A stretch of DNA of 64,000 nt from Paraspadella gotoi (GCA_051294375.1 CM119264.1:8988764-9052763), one strand, 5' to 3'. Shown: positions 12,248 to 26,994, counted from the first letter of the stretch. The notes: generated by a model not told the origin, from the letters alone. Numbers and translations: made by a program.

Positions 12248-15200
12248 AAACACTCTCTTTCTCCTTCCTCTTTTCGTTCTTACAATGCTCTCTCTCCCTT
12301 TCTCTCTCACTCTCTTTTTCTTTTCACTCTTCTCTCCCTCTTCTTACCACACGGCCCGGTCCTCCCTCTGTCTCTGTTTAAGACATCTTAGAATGAATTG
12401 TATTCATCTCAAGTCGCGCCCTTTCTTTCTAATCCCTCTTCTCTTCTCTCCTCTTCCTGCTTCCTCCCTCTCTCCTCTCTTCTCTCTCGTCCTCTCATCT
12501 CCATCTCTCTCCTCTCGACTCCTCATCTCTTCTCATTCTTTCTGCTTGCTTTTGACAGAAAAAAAGAGAATGATAAAATCACCTTTTTTATAAATCCTTA
12601 CAACTGTCGTCTCGCTTCCATCTTCCGATTTCTCCCTGGTGACACAGAGAAAAAATGAATAAATGTCCTTGTAATAAAAATCCATTTAATCATTGATTCC
12701 TCCACATTTTTTAAAATTTTTTTCCGTAGTAAAGGGTATTCGGTCATCAGAAAGCACAGAATAAGGTTCGCACATGAGAGTGGCGCGATTGAAACTCGCC
12801 CCTGAGACGAATTCACTCCATTGCCACCACAGAAAAAAATCGATAGACGCGAAAGTTCGTTAAACCGGATCAGGTCGGAGCCATCATTCTCATTTTCCCG
12901 ACATTCATGGTGACGTGATTCATACTGAAACGCGCTTCGTGTGCCTTATGGTGGCACTCACGCTATTGCAACAGCGTGGTGTGCGCTCGATATTTCGACT
13001 CAATAACCTCGAGATGCCTCAAGAATTCTCCGCGCAACATTTTGTTTCGTCGTCGTTTACAGTCGCTGGGCGGATTGTAATATCCTGAGATTGTCCGTGT
13101 GTCCAGGCCTCTTTAGTTATCAGGTTTTCGTCGTCGTCATCAAGGGAATTCTTTGTCATTTTTCAATATTTTATTTTATCTTTCATCGTACATATATAAT
13201 TTATGATCCTTATCTTTTGAAATTCTGGAAAACGCCCAATCGGTTTGTTTTTTTTTGGTAAGAGAGGAAAATCAAATTTCTCATCATTTTCTGAAATTCT
13301 GTGACAGCAAAGTTTCATGAAATTTTCGATGGGCTGTTGTTGTGTGGTTATTGACTTCATTGTCATCGACGTCGAATTTATATTTTACGTTAAAGCCAAT
13401 TTCGTCCCCATTGTTGTTGTCATCGTTGTTGACTTGTTGTCCGGCTTTTGTCCTCGATAATCCAATAGCCAACTTTATCAACCAACTTTATTCGCGAGAC
13501 ATAAATTTATGAGCCAAGGTCGCTCTTATCGACTGTCGACCAGGCGTCGTCGTCGTCGTCGTCGTTGTTTGTCGTCGTCGTCCCAGTCATTCATGGAGGC
13601 GTGTCCCCCATCTCCGATCCCATTGTCGCAGTCCAGGACCCAAGGCGCTCATTTTTCGCCGCCATTTTTTTTTCGCGGAAAAATTATCGACCCAAATATG
13701 ACCAAATTCTGTCGACGTCGTTCGTCGTCGACGTTTTCAACATCATCGTCGTCTTTGACGCTCCTTTGTTTGTCGTGTGTCGTCGTGTCATCGTCATCGT
13801 CGTACTGTCGTCGTCTACGACGTCCTCGCTCGGAAGACGAAAGACTTCGCTCGACTTTTTAAATCGGGGAACCGACTTTTCGGGTCTATTTTAGTTGCCA
13901 TTTTCGAACAATTTTTGATTCCATCTTTGGTTCCACCTTCCGGTACCATGAGACCGGAAATCGTCGGTCAGCGTGCGCTCGCGCTTTATTCGTCCTCCTT
14001 TCAAGGCAGAGAGAGGAAGGAGAGCGAGGGGGCAGGTAGTTGGGAGTCGAAGCAGCTTCTCGATTAGGGACTTACCATATATTTCGAGGCCAGTTTATGG
14101 CCTTTCCACCATCTCTCCGCCCTTACCCTTTCTCCATTGCCATCGACGCTGCCATTGCCGTTGCCATCATCGTTCCGTGTCTAAATCCCTCGTTTTCCTT
14201 TCGGGCCGAGAGAGTCTTTACTGTCGTTTTGAAATCTCTGTTCCATAATCTATTCCAACCCCTTCTCACTTTAACCTCCCTTCTTCCTGCGCCTCAAAAT
14301 CTTCCACCTTACGATCTTCTTCCTCTCCACCTCCACACGCATCGTCATCTTTCCCCTACCCTCTTCCCCTCCCATCTTCCCCCCCTCCCCTCTTCCCCCC
14401 CCCTTTTTTTCTCTCCGGATTCCGTGACCGAAAGGAAGAATCCGTTCGCTTCTCGTTGGGACAGCAGAAGATTTTTTTCGCCGTCGGACTGTTTTCGTTG
14501 TAACCGCTTAATTTAGTCGATGTTGTGGCAGTTTTCGTGAGATGAAAGATAACTCTTAGAATATCGACTCCATGATAATTAACTGTTAGTAGGTGAAAAT
14601 GATTATATTATTACATCTAGTAAAACCTTGTAGGGTTGGATTCAGCAAGATGTATCCGTTTATTAATGGATTACAGATAATTTTTTTTTAAGCTTTAAAC
14701 AAACATCCCATTTGGGATTAAAATCCCGCGAAACACCAAGTCGTCTGGAAATCAAACGATCAAGTCGTCAATTGTAAAGTTCTTCGAAAAGATTCTCTCA
14801 GCCACTCAGTCCCAAACTCTAAACGGAGACGCACCAGGTATACTCTCGACTTCGTGTTTTCTTTTCCCCCACATTTACTTTTTTTTTCCATCGAGTCAAA
14901 ACAGTCCAAAGTCTCTATTTAATCTTCTCTCGCTCCCTGGTTTTTTCAAGGGGTCGAGGAACGGGGATGGAAGGAGAAACGGGGAAAAGAAACGGGGTGA
15001 AATGAGGAGATAGGAAGGGAAAAGAGGAGATAGAGGGAAAAGGGATAGGAAGGGAAAAGAGAGTGCAGTTATAGTCTTTTCTTTTTTTGTTTTTTCACGA
15101 TGACATCGACCTTTTCGGACGATCTGTGTTGATGTTGCGTCGAGGAAAGGATCTGCGGAAATCATTACGATCCTCATTCTTCGATGAAAGACGAACCAGC

Positions 15201-15489
15201 GTCGACCAGGGACCGAAATATTCGGTATATCAACTCCGAGATTGCGAATGAATTTTTTTAAAGGATGCCAGTTTGTGTTTAACTAATTTACTCGACAACC
15301 AAGGTTCCTTTTATTATTTTGATAGTTTTATGTCAATTTTAATTTATTCATTTTTGTTCTCCCAAACCCTTTCATCTTGCCGCAGCTTTGAAATGAAGTA
15401 ACTGTTTTCGAACTTTCTATCGTCCTTGTTTTTGTGATTCTGATCCCAACGACGAATCTTTGGGACATAAATCTTTGCCTCTCTCTCTT

Positions 15490-15522
<33 letters not shown>

Positions 15523-16514
15523 CTCTCTCTCTGCTCTCTCTCTCTCTCTCTCTCTGCCCTTCTTCCCACCGACCGGTCAGCCCTCAACGTCTCTGCAATA
15601 AGGAGCATCATCTCCGTTCTCTCTTTAGTCCCCGCCCACTTTCATATTTTTTCTTCTTTTCCTCGCCGGCGTCATTTTTGACCTCTCCGGAGTTTCCCCT
15701 CCCATTTCTTATTCTTTCTTTGACCGTCTGGACTTTTTCGTGTCCCGTTTCGCCAGCGGGATTAAATTTCTCGCGACCTGTAAGGCCCGCAAGGCTTGAC
15801 CTGAGATTCGTAAGGGCTGATATGCCCGTTAAGGCTGGGTTATGGCCGGGTAGGGTATAATGTTTTCTTTCCCAATTATCTGAAATTGTTTCGATGCAAT
15901 TCAATAAATTTTTAAATTTTAATCTTTTCAGTTAGTTTCGTACGTAATTTATGAAATTGGTACTAACCGAAATAAAAAATTATCCATTCATTTATATAAA
16001 TAAGCTACATTTTGCCGCGCTAATAAAAGTAACGGTCTTCGACTATCGAGTCAAAGAACGCATAACCTGTTGCCACAATTTTCTACCATTTTTGTGCGAT
16101 ATTTAATCTTCGCCCCAACCTTGAAAATACTTAGGCGTAAATCGATACCAATGTATCCAGGTGCTTCGTGTTCGATTTATAAAAAATAAGAAAATTATAG
16201 GAGCTACAGATTTTTAAATTTGATTATCTTTTGATCGTAATCATATACTTCCACTATTGAGTTTTTCACCTATATATTAATTTTGTAGAATGTATTTTAT
16301 TTAACCCTAAAATAAAAAATTCTAGCATTCCCACACATTCCCTCTTAGGATTTTCTTCCAGATTCGCCTCGGGACCAAAATGGTCTTAATTTTCCTTGAA
16401 AAGCTTAGTCCTCAAATAGAAAAAAAAACCGATTCGACCGAAAGCCAAAAATACCTGAGGCATCGGCAGGAGCTCTAAAAGGGCGAGACTCGTGTCTGGC
16501 GGAGGAGAGAGAGC

Positions 16515-16580
<66 letters not shown>

Positions 16581-16869
16581 GACAGCCATGCGTGCGCGCG
16601 CGATGAATGTGGCGAAGCACCTCCATAGCACTCTCTTTTTTCCTTTGCTACCTCGAATCTTAGCTTTTTACATCTCCTCCTCTTTGTCCTCCTCTTCCTC
16701 CCGATCCTCTTCTTCATCCTCCTCCTCGTGATCGTCCTCTTCCTCATCCTTTCCCCTCTTTCGGTCCTTCCTCCGCCTCTTCCTCCTCCCTATGTTTTGC
16801 CCAAAACGGTTAGCAATGGCACTCTCTCGTTTTCGTCTGCCGGCGGATCGTTGCATGAAAACACACTAA

Positions 16870-16938
<69 letters not shown>

Positions 16939-17699
16939 GCTTCTTATTTCGTGACTAACATTTCTAAGAAAATTCGATTTTTTCTAGGGTTTGATGATAC
17001 TTATTAAATAAAGAAATTTCCTACATTCAACAAAATTTTCGAAGAATTTTTCGATTCTACGAAAAAAAAAGATAAACGAAGCAAAAATGCGATGACGAGA
17101 CAGCGAATCTTGGTCTTAACATCGGACATTTTCATTATTTTAACCGGCTTACCTCGGAGAGCTTTTGACTACAAAGGCATTCACCCAAAAATCTATTTTA
17201 AACGTCAATGAAAATTATCCCTGCATGCATATTTCTTTTAAAACTTTGAAATTTACTAATCCTAAATTTCGAAAATATCGGTGATATTCTTAAAGAATTG
17301 AGTTACTTTGTAAATTTAATGAAGACAAAAGTAAAATCATCGTTGAAAAAAATTAACCAACTTTTTTCGACATTTTTTTTTTTTCTTTTGAGGACATCGC
17401 TTCGGTATGAACGAAAACGATTCCAATGAACTAAATAATAGAATTTAACGAAAGAAAGACTTATTCTTTAAGCGATCATGAAACCCAAAAGTATTCATCT
17501 AGCGTAACAACTGTAAACAAATGATTTACTGCTGCTCTCGAGTTTTAGCAGCGAAAAACAATCGTCTCTCCTAATAAAACGCCCGAACGAGAAATGATTT
17601 TTCTCAGTAAAAAACCAAAACAAAAGGTTAAAAAACCTAAAACAAAAAGTTTTCGTTTTTTTAAGTCGAAATCCAAATTAATTTTTTACCAAATTATTT

Positions 17700-17784
<85 letters not shown>

Positions 17785-18029
17785 TCTCCGTGTTTACGTT
17801 TCGTCCGAGTTTTTCAAAAATTTGCCCTTATGTCGCTTTATTTGTTTTTTTCGTTTCACTGTCCTTGGCCAAGTCTCTCTCTCTCTCTCTCCCGCTCTCT
17901 GGCGATTTTTACGAGGGCTTAGAATCCGCCGTTCCGTTGATGCTGCCCGACCAATGGGGATTCGCCGGAATTGCCATATTGCGAGGATGTCGATTGTGAC
18001 GATGAATCATCGCGAAACTTCTCTCTCTC

Positions 18030-18093
<64 letters not shown>

Positions 18094-18095
18094 CT
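12248..18095 (+). repeat. Block M copy 1 (~5.8 kb multi-copy segment)
   Basis: Near-identical to 21320-26959. Partial copies at 26960-29263(-), 29291-31980(+), 33554-36599(-), 37985-38925(+) and 51991-52931(+). Confidence 0.92.
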
Positions 18096-18202
18096 CGAGA
18101 GAAGTTTCGCGATGATTCATCGTCACAATCGACAATCCTCGCAATTGGCAATTCCGGCGAATCCCATTGGTCGGGCAGCATCAACGGAACGGCGGATTCT
18201 AA
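17918..18202. repeat. Local fold-back centred on a (CT)n tract, ending at a 25-N gap
   Basis: 18096-18202 is the reverse complement of about 17918-18025. Confidence 0.92.
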
Positions 18203-18849
18203 NNNNNNNNNNNNNNNNNNNNNNNNNGTATGTAAAATGAAGTTAATCCTTTTTATTACGACTTTAAAGTCTTTTTAAAGATATCTATCACTTTTTAATG
18301 AAATAAAAAACGTATTTTTTGTTTTGGCAATTTTGATAAAAAGAGTTGCAACACCTATTTGATCGATTTTCAAAAAGAAAGAATGGAAAAAAATTAGTAG
18401 CATAATAGGGGCTAATTTGTACTATAGGGCTAAAATTCTGTAAAGAATAGTTTGAAAAATTTGCAAAGGCCTAAATATGTATTGTATTTGATTCTAGTTC
18501 ATGTGAATACCAATCGAAAACTTAAAACAAAGGTCCTTTTTATCCAATTGATAACAGTTAAAAGATATTGTATAACACAGAGAGTCACAGCTTTCAGGGG
18601 TCTTGATCATCTCACTTCCCCCCCGCACCCACCCTTCTCACATCCCTCGCCAGGTTCTGCGATCCCCGATTCACGCCCGGCTTACGGAAACTCCGGCGCC
18701 GCAATGGCCTACAAAGTCATCGAATCCTTCGCCGACGTCAACAAACCGCGGCGTCCCGGCCGCCAGGACCAAAGAGGGCACGGATAGACAGGCCTCCTTC
18801 GTTTCTTACGGGCAAAAGGTCGAGAGTTTGGGGGCGCTACTGGGCCGAT

Positions 18850-18980
18850 TGGCGTTGACGCCGATGGAATCTGCCGCTAGTGCGTTGACGCTAATTGAGC
18901 CCATGGCATTGACGTTAGTGGCGTTGACGCTAATTGACTGCCCATGGGCATTGACGTTAGTGGGGTTGACGCTAATTTCC
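18850..18980 (+). repeat. Degenerate ~39 bp tandem repeat rich in TTGACG
   Basis: GCGTTGACGCTAATTGA-(CT)GCCCATGGCATTGACGTTAGTG x ~2.5. Confidence 0.7.
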
Positions 18981-19384
18981 GACGCGGTTCTTTAATCCTT
19001 AATTAAGGCTTCGCTGTTTTTTGATGAGAAACGATTCTCCCCTAATCACGTTCGGCACACTTGTTCAATGAAAACCACAATCAACAATTCACTTCTCACA
19101 AAATCGCTCACTAGACTCACAGCAAATAATAAAAAACAATGGATGTCACGATGCCCTTCTGCAAACAATATAGAGAAAAACAATCACTACATCATTTCTC
19201 TCTTGCTTCAGATTCCGAGATGTGATCAACATAAGTACCGCACTACTGCACCTACGGACGACACCCATGCCTTCTGCTATCTGTGGGCCCAAGGGAACTG
19301 CATCTCATTATGTGCATGATGAGAAGTCCCTCAAGGGAAAACCAGGTCTGTGGCGGTGGAAGGGGGGCAATGCCATGAGAATGC

Positions 19385-19825
19385 CAGAGAGAGAGAGGAG
19401 AGGAGAGATGCACACCGAGAGAGAGGATTCCGAGTGAGAAGAAGAGAGGAGAGGAATGAGGAGAGAGACGATGGGCCAGGGAGGATGAGGAGAGAGAGAG
19501 AGAGGGAAGGTGATGAAGGAGAGAGGGAGGGAGGATGAGGAGAGAGAGAATGATGGCCGAGGGAGGATGAGAGAGAGAGAATGAGGAGGGAGGATGAGGA
19601 GATGATGAGAATTGCCACGGGAGGTGAAGGATGAGGAGAGAGAGAATGAGGGAGCGGAGAGGATGAGGAGAGAGCCAGAAAGAGGGAGGGAGGACTGAGG
19701 GAGCAGAGAGAAAGATGGAGCGGCAGAAAGAAGCAGACGATGAAGAGATGGGAAGAGAGAGAGAAGGAGAAAGAGAAAAAAGAGAGAGGAGAAAGAGAGG
19801 AGAGAAATAGAGAGAAGAGAAAGCA
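19385..19825 (+). repeat. Purine-rich low-complexity degenerate tandem repeat
   Basis: Recurrent GGAGGATGAGGAGAGAGAGAATGA-like units. Confidence 0.75.
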
Positions 19826-20341
19826 GAGGTTTCCTATAACCCATTTACCAGCCTCTTTTTCAATTCTTACCTACACTGATCCACATTCTAAAGCCAATTC
19901 AGAGAACCTCCGGCCCCAGGCCCCCTGTTATTATTGGCCAAAGAAGGGAAACGTGCGCGCCGACGACGACACTTCAACGTGACTCTGGGCTACGGGTCCT
20001 CTAAGTGAAGTGCCGGAATATTGTGGGAAGGGGGGAAGTGCCCGGAAATTGTGGAGGGGCGAAAGTTGCCGGAAAGAGGAAGTAGGGGCATGAAATAAAA
20101 GATCGCTTCGCTTGGAAATTAAGGAGGGGATACGGTGTTGCTCGGAAATGCATTTTTTGTCTGACAGAAGTGAAAAGGTTACATAATTTTTTTTTCTGTT
20201 GTTTGCGGCTATTTTTTCATTTCAGAACATTTTTCGTAACCGGTTCTTAAGATGAAGTGTTACAAGACGCAACATTCTGGCTCTCTCTTCTGTCTTTTAA
20301 TTCCTATTAGGAAAAGTTCGTTTTCCGAGTGTTTTAATACA

Positions 20342-20592
20342 TTGGCTCACGCCAGGTGGAACACACCAATTCAGTGCGTTGTGTTTTCCATCACAATCCA
20401 CATTTCCACACTCCACAGTCCTAACGACTTCCGCGCGCCTGCGTTGGCAAAGCGAGACCGTCCTAGGGTAACCGCGCCAGTACTAGGATGTGTCACTGAC
20501 GGGTCGGAAGCCTTCCAAAAGCTCAACAGTTGAGTATGACTCCACCTCGCTCCCAATGGGAATCATCCGGCAACAGCCGTCTGTTGTTACCG
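20342..20592. other. Structured dispersed element copy A (SINE-like core or ncRNA)
   Basis: Shares a 43-nt identical core (20439-20481) and the hairpin layout with 43431-43614. Flanks are unrelated. Confidence 0.65.
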
Positions 20593-21319
20593 GTGTTTTA
20601 GTCGGATCTGCTTGTTCAGCAGATAACCACTTTGTCTCGTTCCCCCTAAATCTTGTTCCGGGGGGCCATTCAATTTAAAAATTCATGTCACGAACATCAT
20701 TGAAAGGAAGTAGGCGTGTGTCCTAATTGAGGAGAAAATTAGAGAAGTTTTATCAAACATTTAAACACAACGAGGAGATAACGATAATTGATGGATGCCG
20801 CATTATGCAGAATAAACTCATGACAGCTAAACAAATACAATAAAGTAGAATTTTGATTTGAGTTCTTGAGGTAAGTTGAAAGAGGGTGGATCTCGGGTTC
20901 CTCTCCTTCTCCTCTTCCCGCCGTCGTTTTCCTGAGGAAAAATCTCCTCTCGTGATGGTCAATCAGAAGAAAAGAACGGAAAAGCCAGAGGAGGCCAACA
21001 AATTGGTCTATCAGATCCCATATTAGAGTTCCTCAGCTCAAAAAACCACCATACTAAGTTCTCACTCGGTCACGGTTCCCCATTTTCTTATCTTATTTCA
21101 ACTTATAAAAGCCTGAGCAAAAAATGTTGTTGCTAATAAACCCAATCGAGCGTCAAAGTAAACAAGGTATTGATGCAAAAAAAATATAGCGCAAACATGA
21201 TAATATTTTTAAGAAAGAAGGTTAATATGCTATAACATAATGATTTTTTTACCAATATTAGTTAAAATACAGTAGCTTCTTCTCCTATTTGTTTTATAAA
21301 ATAAAAAGTCCGCTCAACT

Positions 21320-24300
21320 CCATTTCTCCTTCATCTTTTTCTTTTACACTCTTCTCTCTCTTCTTTAAACACGGCTCTCGGTGCCCCCTCTGTCTTCTGG
21401 CTTTAACATCTCTAGAATGAAATTTGTATTCATCTCAAGTCGCGCCGCTGCTTCTTCTAATCCCTCTTCTCTTCATCTCCTCTCTCTCTTCCCTTTCCTC
21501 TGCCTCGATCATCTCTCTACTCTCCTCTACTCTCTCTCCCTTCTCTCTGCGACTCCTACTTTTATTCCTGCTTGCTTTTGACAAGAGAAAAAAATAAAAG
21601 ATCCCTTTTTTATAAATCCATTCCAACATGTCGTTCGCTTCCCATCTTCCGATTTCTCCTCTGGTGACCAGAGAAAAAATGAATAAAATGTCCCTTGTAA
21701 TAAAAATCCATTTATCATTGATTCCTCCACATTTTTTAAAATTTTTTTCCGTAGTAAAGGTATTCGGTCATCAGAAAAGCACAGAATAAGTGTTGCGCAC
21801 AATGAGAGTGGCCGATTGAAACTCGTGCCCGAGACGATTCTACTCATTGCCACCAACAGAAAAAAATCGATAGACGCAAAAGTTCGTTAAACCCGGATCA
21901 GGTCGGAGCCTCATTCTCATTTTCCGACATTCATGGTGACGTGATTCATACTGAACGCGCTTCATGGTGCACTCACTTTGGTGCATCACTTTGCAACAGC
22001 GTTGGTGACTGCGCTCGATATTTTCGACTCAATAACCTCGATGCCTCAAGAATTTCTCCGCGCAACATCTTTGTTTCGTCGTCGGTTTACAGTCGCTGGG
22101 CGGATTGTAATATCCCTAATTGTCTGTCGGGTCGTCAGCCTCCTTTATGTTATAGGTTTTCGTCGTCGTCATCAGAGAATTCTTATGTTTTTTCAATATT
22201 TTATTTTAATCTTTCTCTCTACATTATATAATTTATATTCCTTATGCTTTTGAAATTCTGGAAACCCCATCGGATTTGTTTTTTTTTGGTAAGAGAGGAA
22301 AATCAAATTTCTCTCATCATTTTCTGAAATTCTGTGACAGCAAAGTTTCATGAAATTTTCGATGGGCTGTTGTTGTTGTGGTTATTGACTTCATTGTCAT
22401 CGACGTCGAATTTTATTTTTACGTTAAAGCCAATGTCGTCCCCATTGTTGTTGTCATCGTTGTTGACTTGTTGTCGGGCTTTTGTCCTCGATAATCCAAT
22501 AGCCAACTTTATCAACCAACTTTATTCGCGAGACATAAATTTATGAGCCAAGGTCGCTCTTATGCGACTGTCGACCAGGCGTCGTCGTCGTTCGTCGTTG
22601 TTGTCGTCGTCGTCGTCCAGTCATTCATGGAGGCGTCCTCCATCTCCGATCCCATTGTCCGAGTCCAGGACCCAAGGCGCTCATTTTTCCCGCGCATTTT
22701 TTTTTTGCGGAAAAATTATCGACCCAAATATGACCCGAAATTCTGTCGACGTCGTCGTCGTCGTCGACGTTTTCAATCATCATCGTCGTTTTTGACGTCC
22801 GCTTTGTTTGTCGTCGTGTCATCGTCATCGTCATCGTCGTCGTCGACGACGTCCTCGCGTCGGAAGACGAAAGACTTCGCTCGACTTTTTAAATCGGGGA
22901 ACCGACTTTTCGGGTCTATTTTTAGTGTCCATTTTCGAACAATTTTTGATTCCATCTTTGGTTCCACCTTCGGTACCATGAGACCGGAAATCGTCGGTCA
23001 GCGTCGCTCGCGCTTTATTCGTCCTCCTTTCGAAGGCAGAGAGAGGAAGGAGAGCGAGGGGGCAGGGTTTAGTCGAAGCAGCTTCTCGATTAGGGACTTA
23101 CCATATATTTCGAGGCCATGTTTATGGCCTTTCCACCATCTCTCCGCCCTTACCCTTTCTCCATTGCCATCGACGCTGCCATTGCCGTTGCCATCATCGT
23201 TCCGTGTCTAAATCCCTCGTTTTCTTTCGGCCGAGAGAGTCTTTACTGTCGTTTTGAAATCTCTGTTCCATAATCTATTCCAACCCCTTCTCACTTTAAC
23301 CTCCCTTCTTCCTGCGCCTCAAATTTCTTGACCTCTTCTCCACCTTACGCTCTCTTTCTCTTCTTCCTCTCCACCTCCACCACATCGTCATCTTCCCCTC
23401 CCCTTCTCCCTCTTCCCCTCCTCTTCCTTCTCTTCCCCCTCCCCTTTTTTTCTCTCCGATTCCGTGACCGAAAGGAAGAATCCGTTCTCGTCTCGTTGGG
23501 ACAGCAGAAGATTTTTTTCGCCGTCGCGACTGTTTTCGTTGTAACGCGTTAATTTAGTCGATGTTGTGGCAGTTTTCGTGAGATGGAAAACAGTTCGGTA
23601 ACTCTTAGAATATCGACTCCATGATAATTAACTGTTCAGTAGGTGAAAATGATTATACTTATTACATCTTAGTAAAAACTTTTTGTAGGGTTGGATTCAG
23701 CAGATGTATCCGTTTATTAATGGATTACAGATAATTTTTTTTTAACTTTAAACAAACATCCCTATTGGGATAAAAAATCCCCGAAACACCAGTCGTCTGG
23801 AAATCAAACGATCAAGTCGTCAATTGTAAAGTTCTTCGAAAAGATTCTCTCAGCCACTCAGTCCCAAACTCTAAAACGGAGACGCACCAGGTTAACTCTC
23901 GACTTCGTGTTTTCTTTTCCCCACATTTACTTTTTTTTTCCATCGAGTCAAAACAGTCCAAAGTCTCTATTTAATCTTCTTCCGTCCCTGTTTTTTTCAA
24001 GGGGTCGAGGAACGGGGATGGAAAAGAAAACGGGGAGAAAGGATGCAAAGAGGAGATAGGAAGGGAAAAGAGTAGATAGGAAGGGAAAAGAGAGGCAGTT
24101 ATAGTCTTTTCTTTTTTTGTTTTTTCACGATGACATCGACCTTTTCGGACGATCTGTGTTGATGTTGCGTCGAGGAAAGGATCTGCGGAAATCATTACGA
24201 TCCTCATTCTTCGATGAAAGACGAACCAGCGTCGACCAGGGACCGAAATATTCGGTATATCAACTCCGAGATTGCGAATGAATTTTTTTAAGGATGCCAG

Positions 24301-24517
24301 TTTGGTGGTTTAATTAATTTATCGACAACCAAGGTTCCTTTTATTATTTTGATAGTTTTATGTCAATTTTAATTTATTCATTTTTGTTCTCACCAACACC
24401 CTTTCATTCTCTTCCGCAGCTTTGAAATGAAGTAACTGTTTTCGAACTTTCTATCGTCCTTGTTTTTGTGATTCTGATCCCAAACGGCGAATCTTTGGGA
24501 CATAAATCTTTGCCTCT

Positions 24518-24589
<72 letters not shown>

Positions 24590-25579
24590 GCCCTTCTTCC
24601 CACCGACCGGTCAGCCCTCAACGTCTCTGCAATAAGGAGCATCATCTCCGTTCTCTCTTTAGTCCCCGCCCACTTTCATATTTTTTTTCTTCTTTTCCTC
24701 ACGGCGGTCATTTTTGACCCTCCGGAGTTTCCCCTCCCATTTCTTATTCTTTCTTTGACCGTCTGGACTTTTTCGTGTCCGTTTCGCCAGCGGGATTAAA
24801 TTTCTCGCGACCTGTAAGGCCGCGCAAGGCTTGACCTGAGATTCGTAAGGGCTGATATGCCGTTTAAGGCTGGGTTATGGCCGGGTAGGGATAATGTTTT
24901 TCTTCCCAATTATCTGAAATTGTTTCGATGACAATTCAAATAAATTTTAAATTTTAATCTTTTCAGTTAGTTTCGTACGTAATTTATGAAATTGGTACAA
25001 CCGAAATAAAAAATTATCCATTCATTTTATAAATAAGCTACATTTTGCCGCGCTAATAAAAGTAACGGTCTTCGACTATCGAGTCAAAGAACGCATAACT
25101 GTTGCCACAATTTTCTACCATTTTTGTGCGATTTTAATCTTCGCCCCAACCTTGAAAATACTTAGGCGTAAATCGATACCAATGTATCCAGGTGCTTCGT
25201 GTTCGATTTATAAAAAATAAGAAAATTTATAGGAGCATAGAGTTTTTAAATTTGATTATCTTTTTTGATCGTCAATCAGTATACTTCCACTTATATTGAG
25301 TTTTTCACCTATATTTTAATTTTGTAGAATGTTATTTTTATTTAACCCTAAAATAAAAATTCTAGCATTCCCACACATTCCCTCTTAGGATTTTCTTCCA
25401 GATTCGCCTCGGGACCAAAATGGTCTTAATTTTCTCTGAAAAGCTTAGTCCTCAAATAGAAAAAAAAACCGATTCGAAAACCAAAAATACCTGAGGCATC
25501 GGCAGGAGCTCTAAAAGGGCGAGACTCGTGTCGGAGGATGCGGAGGAGAGACGAGAGAGAGAGAGAGAGAGAGGAGAGA

Positions 25580-25615
<36 letters not shown>

Positions 25616-25914
25616 GAAGCCATGCGTGCGGCGCGCGATGAATGTGGCGAAGCACCTCCATAGCAGCTCTCTTTTTCCTTTGCTACCTCGAATCTTAGCT
25701 TTTTACATCTCCTCCTCTTTTCGTCCTCCTCTTCCTCCCGATCCTCTTCTTCATCCTCCTCCTCGTTGATCGTCCTCTTCCTCATCCTTTCCCTCTTCGG
25801 TTCCTCCTCCGCCTCTTCCTCCTCCCTATGTTTTGCCCAAAACGGTTAGCAATGGCACTCTCTCGTTTTCGTCTGCCGGCGGATGCGTTGCATGAAAACA
25901 CACTACTACGCTCG

Positions 25915-25985
<71 letters not shown>

Positions 25986-26744
25986 CTTATTTCGTGACTA
26001 ACATTTCTAAGAAAAATTCGATTTTTTCCTAGGGTTTGATGATACTTATTAAATAAAGAAATTTCCTACATTCAACAAAATTTTCGAAGAATTTTCGATT
26101 CGACAAAAAAAAAGATAAACGAACAAAATTTTGCGATGACGAGACAGCGAATCTTGGTCTTAACATCGGACATTTTTCATTATTTTAACCGGCTTACCTC
26201 GGAGAGCTTTTGACTACAAAGGCATTCACCCAAAAATCTATTTTAAACGTCAATGAAAATTATCCCTGCATGCATATTCTTTTAAAACTTTGAAATTTAC
26301 TAATCCTAAATTTCGAAAATATCGGTGATATTCTTAAAGAATTGAGTTACTTTGTAAATTTAATTGAAGACAAAGTAAAATCATCGTTGAAAAAAATTAA
26401 CCAACTTTTTTTCGACATTTTTTTTCTTTTTGAGGACATCGCTTCGGTATGAACGAAAACGATTCCAATGAACTAAATAATAGAATTTAACGAAAGAAAG
26501 ACATTATTCTTTAAGGCGATCATGAAACCCAAAAGTATTCATCTAGCGTAACAACTGTAAACAAATGATTTACTGCTGCTCTCGAGTTTTAGCAGCGAAA
26601 AACAATCGTCTCTCCTAATAAAACGCCCGAACGAGAAATGATTTTTCTCAGTAAAAAACCAAAACAAAAGGTTAAAAAACCTAAAACAAAAAGTTTTCGT
26701 TTTTTTAAGTCGAAATCCAAATTTAATTTTTTACCAAATTATTT

Positions 26745-26828
<84 letters not shown>

Positions 26829-26959
26829 TCTCCGTGTTTACGTTTCGTCCGAGTTTTCAAAAATTGCCTTATGTCGTTCTATTTGTTTTTTTCGTTTCAC
26901 TGTCCTTGGCCAAGTCTCTCTCTCTCTCTCTCCCGCTCTCTGGCGATTTTTACGAGGGC
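21320..26959 (+). repeat. Block M copy 2
   Basis: Direct copy of 12248-17918. Differences are mostly 1-bp indels, with more divergence in the first ~1 kb. Confidence 0.92.

Positions 26960-26994
<35 letters not shown>

Noticed and set aside
22543-23211. Longest ORF in the track (222 aa, Ser/Val-rich)
   Set aside because: Driven by (GTC)n repeats. The frame is not preserved in the other block-M copies and it has no recognisable domain.
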